Source of the DNA: Terriglobia bacterium
GTDB taxonomy: Bacteria > Acidobacteriota > Terriglobia > Terriglobales > Acidobacteriaceae
Reading direction: 5' to 3'
NCBI GenBank assembly: GCA_041495845.1
Contig: JBGQDM010000005.1
Span: 472 to 64,471 of the forward strand
Length of the DNA stretch: 64,000 nt
Shown: positions 1 through 10,309 of the stretch, piece by piece
Layout: every line of letters begins with the position of its first letter
Numbering within the stretch: the stretch's first letter is position 1
Notes under the pieces: generated by a model
Databases searched by the model: none
What the model was told of the DNA's origin: nothing
What the model saw: only the letters and a program-made list of their open reading frames with translations
Program-made: the position numbers and the translations under genes

Positions 1-533
1 TTTCTGCGCAGGGTCGGCGTTTTGATCAGGCTTTAGCGGCAGAGTTGGCCGAACTGGAACGTATCGTCCTGATCTGCGGCCGCTACGAAGGCGTCGATGA
101 GCGCGTGAGTACGCATCTGGCGGATCGCGAACTTTCCGTCGGCGATTATGTGCTGAGCGGCGGCGAACTGGGCGCGGCAGTGATTGTGGATGCGGTGACG
201 CGGTTGCTGCCAGGAGCACTCGGCAACGCAGCCTCGGCGCGGCAGGAATCGTTTACTGAGGCAGCCGCGGTGGAGAGCTTGGGTCCGGATTCGACTTGCG
301 CTTCGGCGGGTTTGCTCGACTACCCGCACTACACGCGGCCCGCAGAGTTTCGTGGCTATGCTGTACCGGAAGTGCTGGTGGCCGGCAACCACGAGCAGAT
401 TCGCCGCTGGCGGCGGCAGGCGGCGCTGGCCAAGACGCAGCTGAACCGCCCCGACTTGCTGCAGCGAGTTCCGCTGAACGAGGAAGACAAAAAATTGCTG
501 GCCCGCACGCCGGGTCAAGAGACTTCGAAGTGA
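1..533 (+). CDS. trmD: tRNA (guanine37-N1)-methyltransferase TrmD, C-terminal part (5' end outside window)
   Basis: Translation [13 protein letters not shown]...[24 protein letters not shown] is the typical TrmD C-terminal region. It lies directly upstream of rplS, the conserved trmD-rplS order. Confidence 0.85.
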   Translation, partial: SAQGRRFDQALAAELAELERIVLICGRYEGVDERVSTHLADRELSVGDYVLSGGELGAAVIVDAVTRLLPGALGNAASARQESFTEAAAVESLGPDSTCASAGLLDYPHYTRPAEFRGYAVPEVLVAGNHEQIRRWRRQAALAKTQLNRPDLLQRVPLNEEDKKLLARTPGQETSK

Positions 534-560
534 GAGAATTTTTGTGAGAAGGATAAGAAT

Positions 561-905
561 ATGTCGAACCTGATTATCGAGAGACTTGTAGCCAAGATGC
601 AGCGGCCAGAAATGCCCGCCTTCACTTCTGGCGATACGGTGCGCGTGCACGTGAAGATCAAAGAAGGCGATAAAGAACGTCTGCAGGTTTTCGAAGGCCT
701 CTGCATTGCCCGCCGGGCCGGGCTCCAAGGCGCGTTTGTGGTGCGCAAGATGAGCTTCGGGCACGGCGTGGAACGCATCTTCCCGCTGAACTGCAAAGTC
801 ATTGACAAGGTCGAGGTAGTCCGTTCGGGCAAGGTGCGCCGCGCCAAACTGTACTATCTGCGGCAGTTACGTGGCAAAGCGGCTCGCCTGCGCGAAATCG
901 AGTAA
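561..905 (+). CDS. rplS: 50S ribosomal protein L19
   Basis: 114 aa. [32 protein letters not shown]...RRAKLYYLR is the canonical L19 sequence pattern. Confidence 0.95.
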   Translation: MSNLIIERLVAKMQRPEMPAFTSGDTVRVHVKIKEGDKERLQVFEGLCIARRAGLQGAFVVRKMSFGHGVERIFPLNCKVIDKVEVVRSGKVRRAKLYYLRQLRGKAARLREIE

Positions 906-921
906 GAGTGTTATGTCTCTG

Positions 922-957
922 TGGCGGCTGCAAGTTCTTGCAGCCGCCATTTTTTTC
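922..957 (+). terminator. Rho-independent terminator after rplS
   Basis: Hairpin ggcggctgcaag-ttc-ttgcagccgcc followed by atttttttc. Confidence 0.6.
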
Positions 958-1125
958 TTACTGTCACATACGTCACTAACAATTTCCCTATAAAATAAAA
1001 CACAACTATTGAATTCTGGCTGTGTTTGCAGAATTCAAGCAGGCTCCTAACTCCTGCAGGCGGAGTCTGGACCAATCGACGTCGGTTCATGCCTGCGTCC
1101 CGCCCATCGTTTCTGCGGAGGTTGT

Positions 1126-2388
1126 ATGCCGAGTCGTCCACGTTTCCTGGGACTGCTGTTGTTGCTGGCCTTGACTACGCCCCTTTCGTTGTCCGCCCAG
1201 GAGGCAGCGAATCCCGACGCGTTTCCGATACCCGGCTTCACCAACATCAGGCATATCGTTTTTATCATCAAAGAGAACCGCAGCTTTGATCACTACTTCG
1301 GGACCTATCCGGGAGCCGATGGAGCTACTTTCGGCCGGATTTCGACGGGCGCGGTAATTCCTCTGGCGCATGCGCCAGACCGCGTCCCTTGTGACCCTGG
1401 CCATTTCTGGCAGTCGGCCCACACTGCCGTGGATGGCGGCAAGATGGATAGGTTTGACAAGATCATTCCCAACTGCCTGTTGAGTGATGGCCAGACGTTT
1501 CTTCCCTACAGCCAGATGCAGCGGCAGGACATTCCCAATTACTGGGAATATGCCAGGAACTTTGTTCTCGCCGACCGCATGTTCTCATCGCTCGAGGGTC
1601 CCAGCTTCCCCAACCATCTGTATACCGTGGCAGCGACTTCCGCAGGGGCGATCAACAATCCGGGCGGCCTGACGAAGCCGGTTAGTTGGGGCTGCGATTC
1701 AAGTGCGGGGGCAACGGTCGGAGTGATGGCGGCCGACGGCACGATCACACAGCAGTATCCATGTTTCGACATGCAGACGTTGGCGGATTTGCTCGAGAAT
1801 GCTGGCATCTCCTGGCGCTACTACGCCCCGGGCCGTGGCCAGAGCGGGTACGTGTGGTCCGCACTCGATGCCGTCCGGCATATCCGCATGTCTTCGCTCT
1901 GGCAGACTCACGTAATCTCCGACACGCAGTTTGTCACCGACGCCCGAGCCGGTAACTTGCCCGCGGTCAGTTGGATCGTCACCAAGGGCGATCAAAGCGA
2001 GCACCCCACCTCAAGTACCTGTGTGGGCGAGAATTGGACGGTGGCCCAAATCAACGCCATCATGCAGGGGCCGGACTGGGATTCCACCGCCATCTTCGTA
2101 ACTTGGGACGATTTTGGTGGGTTCTACGATCATGTGCCGCCGCCCAAAGTAGACAAGTTCGGTTTCGGCATCCGCGTGCCGCTGCTGATCATTTCGCCGT
2201 TTGCCCGTCGCGGCGTCGTCAACCATACGCAATACGAATTCGGTTCCTTTCTCGCGTTCGTGGAACGCCGCTTCCGGTTGCCTAACTTGGGCGGCCGTGA
2301 CGCAACCGCCAACACCATGCTCGACAGTTTCGATTTCTTTGGTCCCCCGCGGCGGCCTCTGGTCCTGCCGCAACGCACCTGTCCGTAA
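1126..2388 (+). CDS. Secreted phosphoesterase-family protein (phospholipase C / AcpA-like acid phosphatase family)
   Basis: Signal peptide [16 protein letters not shown]. Motifs [19 protein letters not shown] and [15 protein letters not shown] are typical of the phosphoesterase family. Confidence 0.85.
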   Translation: MPSRPRFLGLLLLLALTTPLSLSAQEAANPDAFPIPGFTNIRHIVFIIKENRSFDHYFGTYPGADGATFGRISTGAVIPLAHAPDRVPCDPGHFWQSAHTAVDGGKMDRFDKIIPNCLLSDGQTFLPYSQMQRQDIPNYWEYARNFVLADRMFSSLEGPSFPNHLYTVAATSAGAINNPGGLTKPVSWGCDSSAGATVGVMAADGTITQQYPCFDMQTLADLLENAGISWRYYAPGRGQSGYVWSALDAVRHIRMSSLWQTHVISDTQFVTDARAGNLPAVSWIVTKGDQSEHPTSSTCVGENWTVAQINAIMQGPDWDSTAIFVTWDDFGGFYDHVPPPKVDKFGFGIRVPLLIISPFARRGVVNHTQYEFGSFLAFVERRFRLPNLGGRDATANTMLDSFDFFGPPRRPLVLPQRTCP

Positions 2389-2518
2389 AGCCGGCAGGAA
2401 ACCTGTTCTGTGCCCCTGATGATGGAAGCGCATCGGTCAGGCGTGGGCCCCTTGCGGTGGAAGTCCTGCGCAACTCTTCCACCAAGTTAGGGTTTGAAAC
2501 TTCTAGCCGCGGCTCGCA

Positions 2519-3838
2519 ATGCTTGCCTGTTACCTTGCTAGCAGGGCCGCAGATTTGCAGGAGACATCCGTGCCCACCTCTCCCCTTGCATCCCGTGTCT
2601 ATTCTTTCCTCGTCTTTTGCGGAATCATTTTCTTGACCGCGTGCGGCGGGATGGATTCCAACTCCGCCCCCTTTCAGCCCCCTCCCGGCCTCAAGCAGAT
2701 CAAGCACATCGTTTTCATCATCAAGGAGAATCGCACCTTCGACACCTACTTCGGTACCTATCCTGGCGCCGACGGTGCTACTACGGGGAAGCTCTCCAAC
2801 GGCGCCATGATTCCACTCGCCCCTACTCCCGATCGCGTCCCCTGTGACCCGGGCCACGGCTTCCAGGGAGCCACGCTCGCGATTGACGGCGGCAAGATGG
2901 ACAAGTTCGACCTGATCACTCCCAATTGCCTGCTCAGCGACGGCAAGACGCCGCTCTCCTACAGTCAACTACAGCAGGCGGATATTCCGAACTACTGGCA
3001 ATACGCCCAGAACTTCGTGCTCGCCGACCACATGTTTTCTTCGTTAACCGGGCCCAGCTTTCCCAACCACCTGTACACCGTCGCCGCTACTTCCGGAGGC
3101 GCGATCAACAATCCCGGCAACCTGACCTTGAGTCGCTGGGGCTGCGATTCCAATCCCGAAGCCCGGGTCGGTGTGATGGACAGTCACGGTAAGATCACGG
3201 GCCAATTTCCCTGCTTCGATTTCAAGACGCTGGCCGACAGCCTGCAAACCGCCGGCATCAGTTGGCGCTATTACGCGCCCGCTCAGGATGAGAGCGGTTA
3301 CATCTGGTCCGCGCTCGATGCCATCAAACACATCCGCCAGACGTCGCTGTGGAATACCAACGTGTTGTCGCACACCCAGTTTGTGGTTGACGCGCGGAGT
3401 GGCAACCTGCCCGCTGTCAGTTGGATCGTCTCCCCAGGCGACCTCAGCGAACATCCCAGGGCGAGCACCTGCGTCGGGGAAAACTGGACGGTGCAGCAGA
3501 TCAATGCCGCCATGCAGGGGCCCGACTGGGACTCGACCGCAATTTTTGTGACTTGGGATGATTTCGGCGGCTTCTACGACCACGTGCCGCCACCCTTGGT
3601 AGACCAGTTCGGCTTCGGCCCTCGGGTGCCCCTGCTGGTGATCTCACCCTTCGCACGCACCGGCGTGATCAGCCACTCGCAGTATGAGTTGTCGTCCCTG
3701 CTGGCTTTTGCGGAGAAGCGCTTTGGGCTTCTGGCGCTCGGCGAGCGCGATGCCAACGCCAATGATTTGGAAGATACATTTGACTTTACCCAAGCGCCGC
3801 GCCCGCCGCTTGTCCTCGCCCCCCGTATCTGCCCGTGA
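2519..3838 (+). CDS. Phosphoesterase-family lipoprotein, tandem paralog of the preceding gene
   Basis: Collinear with 1126-2388 ([34 protein letters not shown]). Lipobox FLTAC-GG. The true start may be the GTG near 2570. Confidence 0.85.
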   Translation: MLACYLASRAADLQETSVPTSPLASRVYSFLVFCGIIFLTACGGMDSNSAPFQPPPGLKQIKHIVFIIKENRTFDTYFGTYPGADGATTGKLSNGAMIPLAPTPDRVPCDPGHGFQGATLAIDGGKMDKFDLITPNCLLSDGKTPLSYSQLQQADIPNYWQYAQNFVLADHMFSSLTGPSFPNHLYTVAATSGGAINNPGNLTLSRWGCDSNPEARVGVMDSHGKITGQFPCFDFKTLADSLQTAGISWRYYAPAQDESGYIWSALDAIKHIRQTSLWNTNVLSHTQFVVDARSGNLPAVSWIVSPGDLSEHPRASTCVGENWTVQQINAAMQGPDWDSTAIFVTWDDFGGFYDHVPPPLVDQFGFGPRVPLLVISPFARTGVISHSQYELSSLLAFAEKRFGLLALGERDANANDLEDTFDFTQAPRPPLVLAPRICP

Positions 3839-3845
3839 GTGTCCT

Positions 3846-4622
3846 TTAGGCGGGGGCGATCCTCGACGGCGTTTCTTCTGCCTGTTTCGGTTCCGTGGCA
3901 GGGCGTTGCATCTCCAACTGCTGCAACAGGTGACGCAGCAAGCGCCGGTCTCCTTTGCGGATGGACCGAAACTCGACGCCCATGCCCTGGTCGTGCGAGG
4001 AAGTGCGTACGATGCCCCGCATCCCCAATTCATAGTTTGGCAAGGAAAGAATCACTTGCACTTGTGCCCCCACCGGCACGATGCTGACCGTCTTCACCAG
4101 ACAGCCCACCTCGGACAGATTGCACACCCGGCCCGACAATTTCAGGTCGGCGTAGTCGTCCCCCGGATCGTAGCGCCAGACTTCGGCTTCGCCTTCGCAC
4201 TGGTAGCGCTCAGCGCGCCGTTGCATCTTGCCGCCAACGCCGCGCACCGGAGGCGCCTCGCGCAGCATGGGATCAAAAAGTTCCGCCACTTCCCGCAGTT
4301 CCGGTTCCCAAAGCAGCTTTTCACTTTCCACGCAGCGGACCCCAACCTGGTCCTTCACCCCGGCCTCGGCTCCACCAATCCAGATGACCCGGCACAGCGT
4401 GCGGTTGCGGCCACGCTCAATCGCAATCACCTCGCCCAACCGCGGCGTGCGTAATCCGCCGAGACGCGCTCCCCGCGCCGAAATGTCATAGGTGCAGGCA
4501 ATCTCCACCCGCGGCCGCTTCTCGGCATCCCAAAACGTCACCCGCACGGGCAGCGCAACGTGAATGCGCCGGTCGTAGCGCTGGGGCGTTTTCTCGGAGG
4601 TGGGCTTGCGCCTGGGCGTCAT
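3846..4622 (-). CDS. Tandem PilZ-domain protein (putative c-di-GMP binding)
   Basis: Two segments have the PilZ pattern: RRIHVALPVRV...DISARGARL and RRAERYQCEGEAEV...NLSEVGCLV. Confidence 0.65.
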   Translation of the reverse strand: MTPRRKPTSEKTPQRYDRRIHVALPVRVTFWDAEKRPRVEIACTYDISARGARLGGLRTPRLGEVIAIERGRNRTLCRVIWIGGAEAGVKDQVGVRCVESEKLLWEPELREVAELFDPMLREAPPVRGVGGKMQRRAERYQCEGEAEVWRYDPGDDYADLKLSGRVCNLSEVGCLVKTVSIVPVGAQVQVILSLPNYELGMRGIVRTSSHDQGMGVEFRSIRKGDRRLLRHLLQQLEMQRPATEPKQAEETPSRIAPA

Positions 4623-4828
4623 GCGTGGGTCCTGATACTGCGTGTCACCACCTTCACGTTACCAGCGGCATGAGGGTCCAGCAATTTACCTCGGTACTTG
4701 TACCCACCACGCTTGTGTAGTTACTGCCGCGTGAGGCACGAAAGTGGGGGATATCCACAGGAGCCGCGAAAATAGCGGTTGCGCTGCCCACCACCCCTCG
4801 GCGATCATGCCGCCAGTCTCCTGCTCTC

Positions 4829-5578
4829 ATGACCCTGACCGCGCCCGGAACGCTTTCGCCCTCCGCCGCCAAAATGCGTTTACTCAAGCGACTGCGCTGC
4901 AGCCTGCGCTGGGAGAAGCGTGCCTGGAATGAGGGGGCACGCCTGGTCGCTGGTGTGGATGAAGCCGGACGTGGCTCGCTCTTCGGTCCGGTGGTGGCGG
5001 CGGCGGTCATTTTGAACCCTGAAGACCGCATTCGCGGCTTGCGCGATTCCAAGCTGCTCACCCCGGAAGAGCGGGAACGGCTCGCTCCGCGCATTCGCCA
5101 GCGCGCCCTCGCGTTTGCAGTCGCTGCTGTGGATGCTGCCCGCATTGACGAAATCAACATTTACCAGGCGTCGCGCGTGGCCATGGAAGATGCCGTTCGC
5201 ATTCTCCAACCCGCCGCCGACTATCTGCTGGTGGACGCCATGCGACTCTCACTCGATTGCCCGCAGCAGGCCATCATTCACGGTGACGCCATCTCTGCCT
5301 CCATCGCTGCCGCTTCCATTCTCGCCAAAGTCGAACGCGACCGCATGCTGCGCGAATTCGATCCACTCTTTCCGCAATATGGCCTCGCGTCGAACAAGGG
5401 CTACTGCACCCCCGTCCATCTCGCTGCTCTGCGCCAGTATGGTCCCAGCCCCCTCCACCGCCGCTCGTTCGCCCCGGTATGGAACGCGCAGGAAGTCCTG
5501 GCCTTTATGCTGGAGGAAGAGCTGGTGGACGCGCCGGTGCCCGCTGGACTGGAAAGCAGCGCCCTGAGCAAGGCATAG
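4829..5578 (+). CDS. rnhB: Ribonuclease HII
   Basis: AGVDEAGRGSLFGPVVAAAVIL, DSKLLTPEERE and SIAAASILAKVERD motifs. The start could instead be the ATG at 4874. Confidence 0.9.
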   Translation: MTLTAPGTLSPSAAKMRLLKRLRCSLRWEKRAWNEGARLVAGVDEAGRGSLFGPVVAAAVILNPEDRIRGLRDSKLLTPEERERLAPRIRQRALAFAVAAVDAARIDEINIYQASRVAMEDAVRILQPAADYLLVDAMRLSLDCPQQAIIHGDAISASIAAASILAKVERDRMLREFDPLFPQYGLASNKGYCTPVHLAALRQYGPSPLHRRSFAPVWNAQEVLAFMLEEELVDAPVPAGLESSALSKA

Positions 5579-5645
5579 AGCCCGCCAAACGTCTGGCTCC
5601 CTCCTGCGTCTAAGATGATGGTGATGCCCTTCGCCTGACCAGGCA

Positions 5646-6320
5646 ATGTTCTCTCCCATCTCCAATCCCGAGCCGCGCTCCCACGCTGCCGCCGCTTCCG
5701 TGCTGTTGCACGCCTTGCTGCTGGCCTGGCTCTTGTGGAAGCCGCAAGCTGTGCTTGTCTCCCCGCGCTTCGTGGTCGCAGGCGATAACGGCGCCGCCGT
5801 CACGCAGATTTACTGGTCAGGCGCTGTAGACGGGCAAGGTTCGTCACCCGCCCGGAGCAAGTCAACGTCCCACGAAACCATGCAGACGCACCTGACGCTA
5901 CCGCCGCGCAAACGCTCTGCTCCGCAGCCATCGCTGGCACCGCAGCTCCTCGCGCGGGCCGACCTGAACCCTGAAGCTACGGGCGCTGCCAGCGCTGGCC
6001 GCCGCGCCGGGTCGTCTTACGGCTCCGTGTATGAGGGCGCCTACTCCGGTTCCGAAGTGAAACCAGCTCTGCCCATCGCTGAGGAAGATCCGGCGGTCGA
6101 CCTCGACGAACTCCCCGGGCGCGTCCCCGGAACTGCCATCGTTGAGATCACGATTGACGAAGGCGGACACGTCATTGCCAAGCGCGTGGTGCAGAGCCTG
6201 GGCTCCTCGGTGGACGCCAAGATTCTAGCCGCACTCGACGCCTGGCGCTTCCACCCCGCCACCCGCGGCGGCGTCGCCATCGCTTCGAAGCAAGACGTGT
6301 ATTACCGCTTGCCGCGGTAA
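5646..6320 (+). CDS. TonB-family energy-transducer-like protein
   Basis: N-terminal TM helix (AAASVLLHALLLAWLLW), a Pro/Ala-rich linker, and a C-terminal TonB-like fold (AIVEITIDEGGHV...WRFHPATRGGVAI). Confidence 0.6.
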   Translation: MFSPISNPEPRSHAAAASVLLHALLLAWLLWKPQAVLVSPRFVVAGDNGAAVTQIYWSGAVDGQGSSPARSKSTSHETMQTHLTLPPRKRSAPQPSLAPQLLARADLNPEATGAASAGRRAGSSYGSVYEGAYSGSEVKPALPIAEEDPAVDLDELPGRVPGTAIVEITIDEGGHVIAKRVVQSLGSSVDAKILAALDAWRFHPATRGGVAIASKQDVYYRLPR

Positions 6321-6340
6321 GCGCCGAATCAGCTTGGGGT

Positions 6341-6379
6341 TTGACAAAAGTATGTATACGTACTATATTGTACGTACAC
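6341..6379 (+). promoter_or_regulatory. Near-consensus sigma70 promoter plus inverted-repeat operator of brnTA
   Basis: TTGACA (6341-6346), 17-nt spacer, TATATT (6364-6369). The inverted repeat gtatacgtac (6354-6363) / gtacgtacac (6370-6379) brackets the -10. Confidence 0.5.
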
Positions 6380-6394
6380 TTATGTAGTTCTTCT

Positions 6395-6679
6395 ATGCGC
6401 TTCGTGTGGGATGAAGAGAAGAACCGGCAGAACCGTTCGAAGCACAAAATCAGCTTCGAGACGGCAGCGCTGGTGTTCGAAGATCCCCAGGCTCTAAGCC
6501 GGCCCGACCGGGTTGTGGACGCAGAACAGCGTTGGCAGACACTGGGCTTGATCGGCGGCACCTTGATCATCAACGTGGCGCACACCTACCACGAAGAGGA
6601 CGGAGAGGAAATGATCCGCATCATTTCCGCGCGAAAAGCGACACGACGGGAGCGGCAACAATATGAACACGGCGAGTAA
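6395..6679 (+). CDS. brnT: BrnT-family (DUF497) toxin
   Basis: MRFVWDEEKNRQNRSKHKISFETAALVFEDP...RIISARKATRRERQQY is the typical BrnT pattern. The ORF-track start at 6341 is an upstream TTG inside the promoter. Confidence 0.8.
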   Translation: MRFVWDEEKNRQNRSKHKISFETAALVFEDPQALSRPDRVVDAEQRWQTLGLIGGTLIINVAHTYHEEDGEEMIRIISARKATRRERQQYEHGE

Positions 6680-6935
6680 CAAACAGAGGAAAGAAATTGC
6701 GCGGCTCGCGGTCTTGCCTGACCGCGAGATTGATCTTTCGGACCAGCCGGAAATTACGGATTGGCGGGGAAGCGTGGTCGGGAAATTTTACCGGCCCATC
6801 AAGAAGCCGGTGACCGTTCGGCTGGATGCCGATGTGCTCGCGTGGCTGAAAGCGCAGGGAAGAGGCTACCAGACTAGAATGAACCACTTGTTGCGTACCG
6901 CCATGCAACGGCAAATGCGGAGCAAGCGGGCCTAG
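6663..6935 (+). CDS. brnA: BrnA-family antitoxin
   Basis: PVTVRLDADVLAWLKAQGRGYQTRMNHLLR is the BrnA C-terminal RHH-like signature. It overlaps brnT by 17 nt. Confidence 0.8.
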   Translation: MNTASNKQRKEIARLAVLPDREIDLSDQPEITDWRGSVVGKFYRPIKKPVTVRLDADVLAWLKAQGRGYQTRMNHLLRTAMQRQMRSKRA

Positions 6936-6949
6936 CCCAGAATCCCGTC

Positions 6950-8158
6950 TCACACCTGCTTCCACAGCTCCGCCCGGGGGTCTTCCGGATTCAGCCGCGC
7001 CAACTCCCGTAGCAACTCTTTCGTGCGTTCATCCCGCGGCATTGGAACCGCAATTTGCACTTCCACGATCTCATCGCCCCGCACGCCGTCGCGTGTGGCG
7101 GAAGGCACGCCTTTCTCCCGCAGCCGTAGCTTCTGCCCCGACTGTGTACCCGGCGGAATCCTCAGCAGCGCTCGCCCATCAATCGTGGGCACTTCAATCT
7201 TCGCGCCCAACGCCGCTTCCGTGGCGGTGATTGGCACAGTGAGGTGAATGTCATCGCCCTCGCGATGAAATACGGGATGCTCACCGGTGCGGATGATCAC
7301 ATAGAGGTCACCAGGGTTGCCATGGTTCATTCCGGCATTGCCCCGGCCCGCCAGGCGAATGCGCTGACCCTCGCGCGTCCCCGCCTTGATGCGCACTTCG
7401 AGCGGCTCCGAATGCACCTGGACGCCTTCGCCGCTGCAGACGCCACACACGCTGATGTTCTTTCCCGAGCCCTGGCAGCGTGGGCACGGACTGTTGAACT
7501 TCATGCGTCCGCCCGTCTGCGTCACTTGGCCGCTGCCGCCGCACTGGGCGCACTTGCCCGGCGATTCCAGATAGCCCTGCCCGTGGCACCGCGAACAGGC
7601 ATCGCGCCGCGCCACGTCCAGCCGGATCACCGCGCCTCGAATCGCCTCCCAGAATCCGACCCGCACTTGATACTCCAGGTCGCCTCCGTCCTGCTGCGTC
7701 CCCTCCTGGGCGGCGCCGCGACCGGAGAAAATTCCCGAAAAAATGTCGCGGAAAGAAGATCCGCCGGCGCGCTGCGTCTTGCGCCCTCCACCCTCAAACA
7801 TGTCAGAAAAATCAAATCCGCCAAAATCAAAGTGCGCGCCTTCACCGCCCTGGGGTGCAGAAAATCCGCCAGGAAAACCGCCCTGCCCGCCACCGCGCGC
7901 GTAGGCTTCCGCTGTAGCCGGATCAATGTTGTCGGAGTAGAAGCCCACCTGGTCATAGACTTTGCGCTTCTTGGGGTCGCTGAGAACGTCGTTGGCCTCG
8001 GAGATGACTTTGAACTTCTCCTCCGCTGTTTTGTCACCGGGATTGACGTCAGGATGATACTTGCGGGCAAGCTTGCGGAACGCTTTGCGGATGTCCTCGG
8101 TCGAAGCGCTCTTTTTGATCCCGAGTGCGGCGTAGTAGTCTTTGTTGGCTGTTGGCAC
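6950..8158 (-). CDS. dnaJ: Molecular chaperone DnaJ
   Basis: J domain ([13 protein letters not shown]...YHPDVNPGD), G/F-rich region, and four CxxCxGxG zinc-finger repeats. Confidence 0.93.
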   Translation of the reverse strand: MPTANKDYYAALGIKKSASTEDIRKAFRKLARKYHPDVNPGDKTAEEKFKVISEANDVLSDPKKRKVYDQVGFYSDNIDPATAEAYARGGGQGGFPGGFSAPQGGEGAHFDFGGFDFSDMFEGGGRKTQRAGGSSFRDIFSGIFSGRGAAQEGTQQDGGDLEYQVRVGFWEAIRGAVIRLDVARRDACSRCHGQGYLESPGKCAQCGGSGQVTQTGGRMKFNSPCPRCQGSGKNISVCGVCSGEGVQVHSEPLEVRIKAGTREGQRIRLAGRGNAGMNHGNPGDLYVIIRTGEHPVFHREGDDIHLTVPITATEAALGAKIEVPTIDGRALLRIPPGTQSGQKLRLREKGVPSATRDGVRGDEIVEVQIAVPMPRDERTKELLRELARLNPEDPRAELWKQV

Positions 8159-8176
8159 TGTTCCTCAAAGGCAAAA

Positions 8177-8244
8177 CGCCACGGATCGCACGGATGATCC
8201 GGATGAGTTTTCTTCTCGGTTCAAATCCGTGGAATCCGTGGCTG
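8177..8244. repeat. cacggat-type dispersed repeat forming an imperfect hairpin in the dnaK-dnaJ spacer
   Basis: cgccacggatcgcacggatgatccggatgag ... aatccgtggaatccgtggc. Related copies lie at 21801-21836 and 52217-52250. Confidence 0.6.
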
Positions 8245-8250
8245 GTTGCT

Positions 8251-10176
8251 TTACTTCTTGTCCTCTACATCCACATACTCGGCATCAATCACGCCTTCGT
8301 CTTTCTTCTTCGCATCGCCGCCGGAAGTCGCACCCGCGCCCGCTGCTGCTCCTGGCGCCGCGCCCGCCCCCGGTTGTGCTGCCTTGTACATCTGTTCTGC
8401 CAGCTTGTGCGAGGCTTGCGTCAACTGCTCGCGAGCTTTGTCCATGGCTGCCTTGTCGCCGCCTTCCATGGCTTTCTTGGCGTCGGCCACCGCGTTTTCC
8501 ACGTCACCGCGCTCGCTGCCGGAAATCTTGTCGCCATGCTCGCGCAGCATTTTCTCCACGCTATACAGCAGCGTGTCCAGTTGATTGCGCGCTTCAATTT
8601 CCTCGCGCTTGGTTTTGTCCTCAGTCGAGTGGGCATCGGCGTCTTTCGCCATCCGCTCCACTTCTTCCTTGGAAAGTCCCGAAGATGACGTGATCGTAAT
8701 CTTCTGGTCTTTCCCCGTGGCATTGTCCTTCGCGGTCACGTTCAGGATGCCGTTGGCATCAATATCAAACGTGACTTCGATTTGGGGCAATCCTCGCGGC
8801 GCCGGGGGCAGCCCGGTCAGATGGAACTTGCCCAAGGTGCGGTTCTGCCCCGCCATCGGCCGTTCCCCTTGCAGTACGTGCACTTCCACCGAGGTCTGAT
8901 TGTCCGCCGCCGTCGAAAACGTTTCCGACTTCTTCGTCGGGATCGTCGTATTGCGCGGAATCATCGGCGTCGAGACACCGCCCAGCGTCTCAATCGATAG
9001 CGTCAGCGGGGTCACATCCAGCAGCAGCAGGTCTTTGACTTCGCCCTTGAGCACGCCGCCTTGAATGGCCGCGCCCACCGCTACGACTTCATCCGGATTC
9101 ACACCCTTATGCGGTTCCCGGCCAAACAGTTCCTTCACCAGCGCCTGGATGCGTGGCATGCGCGTCTGCCCGCCCACCAGTACCACTTCGTTGATCTTGT
9201 CCGCGGTCACGCCGGCATCGCTCATACACTGCCTGCAAGGCGTCAGCGAACGTTGCAACAGGTCGTCCACCATGGTTTCCAGCTTGGCTCGCGTCAGCTT
9301 CTTTACCAGGTGCTTGGGACCGCTGGCGTCGGCCGTGATGAAGGGCAGATTGATCTCCGTCTCCATAGTGGTGGAGAGTTCAATCTTGGCACGCTCGGCC
9401 GCATCGCGCAGCCGCTGCAGCGCCATCTCATTGCCCTTGTCGCGCAGATCCAGGCCTTCGTCTTTGCGGAACTCGTCAATCAACCAGTCCACGATGCGCT
9501 GGTCAATGTTGTCGCCGCCGAGGTGGGTATCGCCGTTGGTGGCCTTGACCTCAACCACGCCTTCGCCGACTTCAAGAATCGAAATATCAAAGGTGCCGCC
9601 GCCAAAGTCGTAGACGGCAATCATCTCGTCCTTGCCCTTGTCCAGACCGTAGGCCAGCGCCGCCGCTGTTGGCTCGTTGATGATGCGCTTCACATCCAGC
9701 CCGGCAATCTTGCCCGCATCTTTCGTGGCCTGCCGCTGCGCGTCGTTAAAGTACGCCGGCACGGTGATGACAGCTTCCATCACCTTTTCACCGAGATAAT
9801 CCTCAGCTGCCTTCTTCAGCTTCTGCAGCACCAGCGCGGAAACTTCCGGCGGCGTGTAGGGCTTGCCCTGTGCCAACACCACCACGTTGTCGCCCTGCCG
9901 CTCCACCTTGAAGGGCACCATCTTCATCTCTTCATTGACTTCGTCGTAACGGCGCCCCATGAATCGCTTGATCGAAAAGACCGTGTTCTCCGGATTGGTA
10001 ATCGCTTGCCGCTTGGCCACCTGACCCACCAGCCGCTCCCCAGTCTTGGTAAATCCAACCACGCTGGGCGTAGTCCGGCCACCTTCCTCGTTGGCGATGA
10101 CTTTGGGTTCGCCACCTTCCATGACAGCTACGACCGAGTTCGTGGTTCCCAGGTCAATTCCGATAATTTTTGGCAT
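8251..10176 (-). CDS. dnaK: Molecular chaperone DnaK (Hsp70)
   Basis: [18 protein letters not shown]..., DLGGGTFD-like [11 protein letters not shown], and a full-length Hsp70 pattern. The start at 10176 has a GGAGA RBS. Confidence 0.97.
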   Translation of the reverse strand: MPKIIGIDLGTTNSVVAVMEGGEPKVIANEEGGRTTPSVVGFTKTGERLVGQVAKRQAITNPENTVFSIKRFMGRRYDEVNEEMKMVPFKVERQGDNVVVLAQGKPYTPPEVSALVLQKLKKAAEDYLGEKVMEAVITVPAYFNDAQRQATKDAGKIAGLDVKRIINEPTAAALAYGLDKGKDEMIAVYDFGGGTFDISILEVGEGVVEVKATNGDTHLGGDNIDQRIVDWLIDEFRKDEGLDLRDKGNEMALQRLRDAAERAKIELSTTMETEINLPFITADASGPKHLVKKLTRAKLETMVDDLLQRSLTPCRQCMSDAGVTADKINEVVLVGGQTRMPRIQALVKELFGREPHKGVNPDEVVAVGAAIQGGVLKGEVKDLLLLDVTPLTLSIETLGGVSTPMIPRNTTIPTKKSETFSTAADNQTSVEVHVLQGERPMAGQNRTLGKFHLTGLPPAPRGLPQIEVTFDIDANGILNVTAKDNATGKDQKITITSSSGLSKEEVERMAKDADAHSTEDKTKREEIEARNQLDTLLYSVEKMLREHGDKISGSERGDVENAVADAKKAMEGGDKAAMDKAREQLTQASHKLAEQMYKAAQPGAGAAPGAAAGAGATSGGDAKKKDEGVIDAEYVDVEDKK

Positions 10177-10241
10177 TTTGAGTCTCCACACTGCAAACTA
10201 AGTGCTTTTATTGCATAGATTTAATGTATGGCAATAGAAAC

Positions 10242-10271
10242 ATGATAAGACTTGAGTGTATCGTTGTCAAG
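10242..10271 (-). promoter_or_regulatory. dnaK promoter (TTGACA-N17-TATCAT on minus strand) overlapped by a HAIR-like inverted repeat
   Basis: Minus-strand -35 is the reverse complement of 10265-10270 and -10 is the reverse complement of 10242-10247. CTTGAGT-N7-TGTCAAG lies at 10251-10271. Confidence 0.4.
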
Positions 10272-10309
10272 TCTTGGGAAATGAACTTTTCAGAAGAAGG
10301 GAAATTGAT

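Noticed and set aside
9061-10218. 385-aa plus-strand ORF opposite dnaK. Similar long antisense ORFs lie opposite trpS (12541-13329), rluB/scpB (15125-16081), purA (19238-20368), sucC (23512-24438), the S8 peptidase (34196-35719), the LytTR regulator (55066-56133) and glmS (56868-58709).
   Set aside because: These are typical shadow ORFs of high-GC DNA. Each overlaps a confidently identified gene on the other strand. Their translations are Arg/Ala/Gly/His-rich with no motifs.
10192-10309. CIRCE (HrcA) operator upstream of dnaK
   Set aside because: No TTAGCACTC-N9-GAGTGCTAA-like sequence is present. The only inverted repeat matches the HAIR pattern better.
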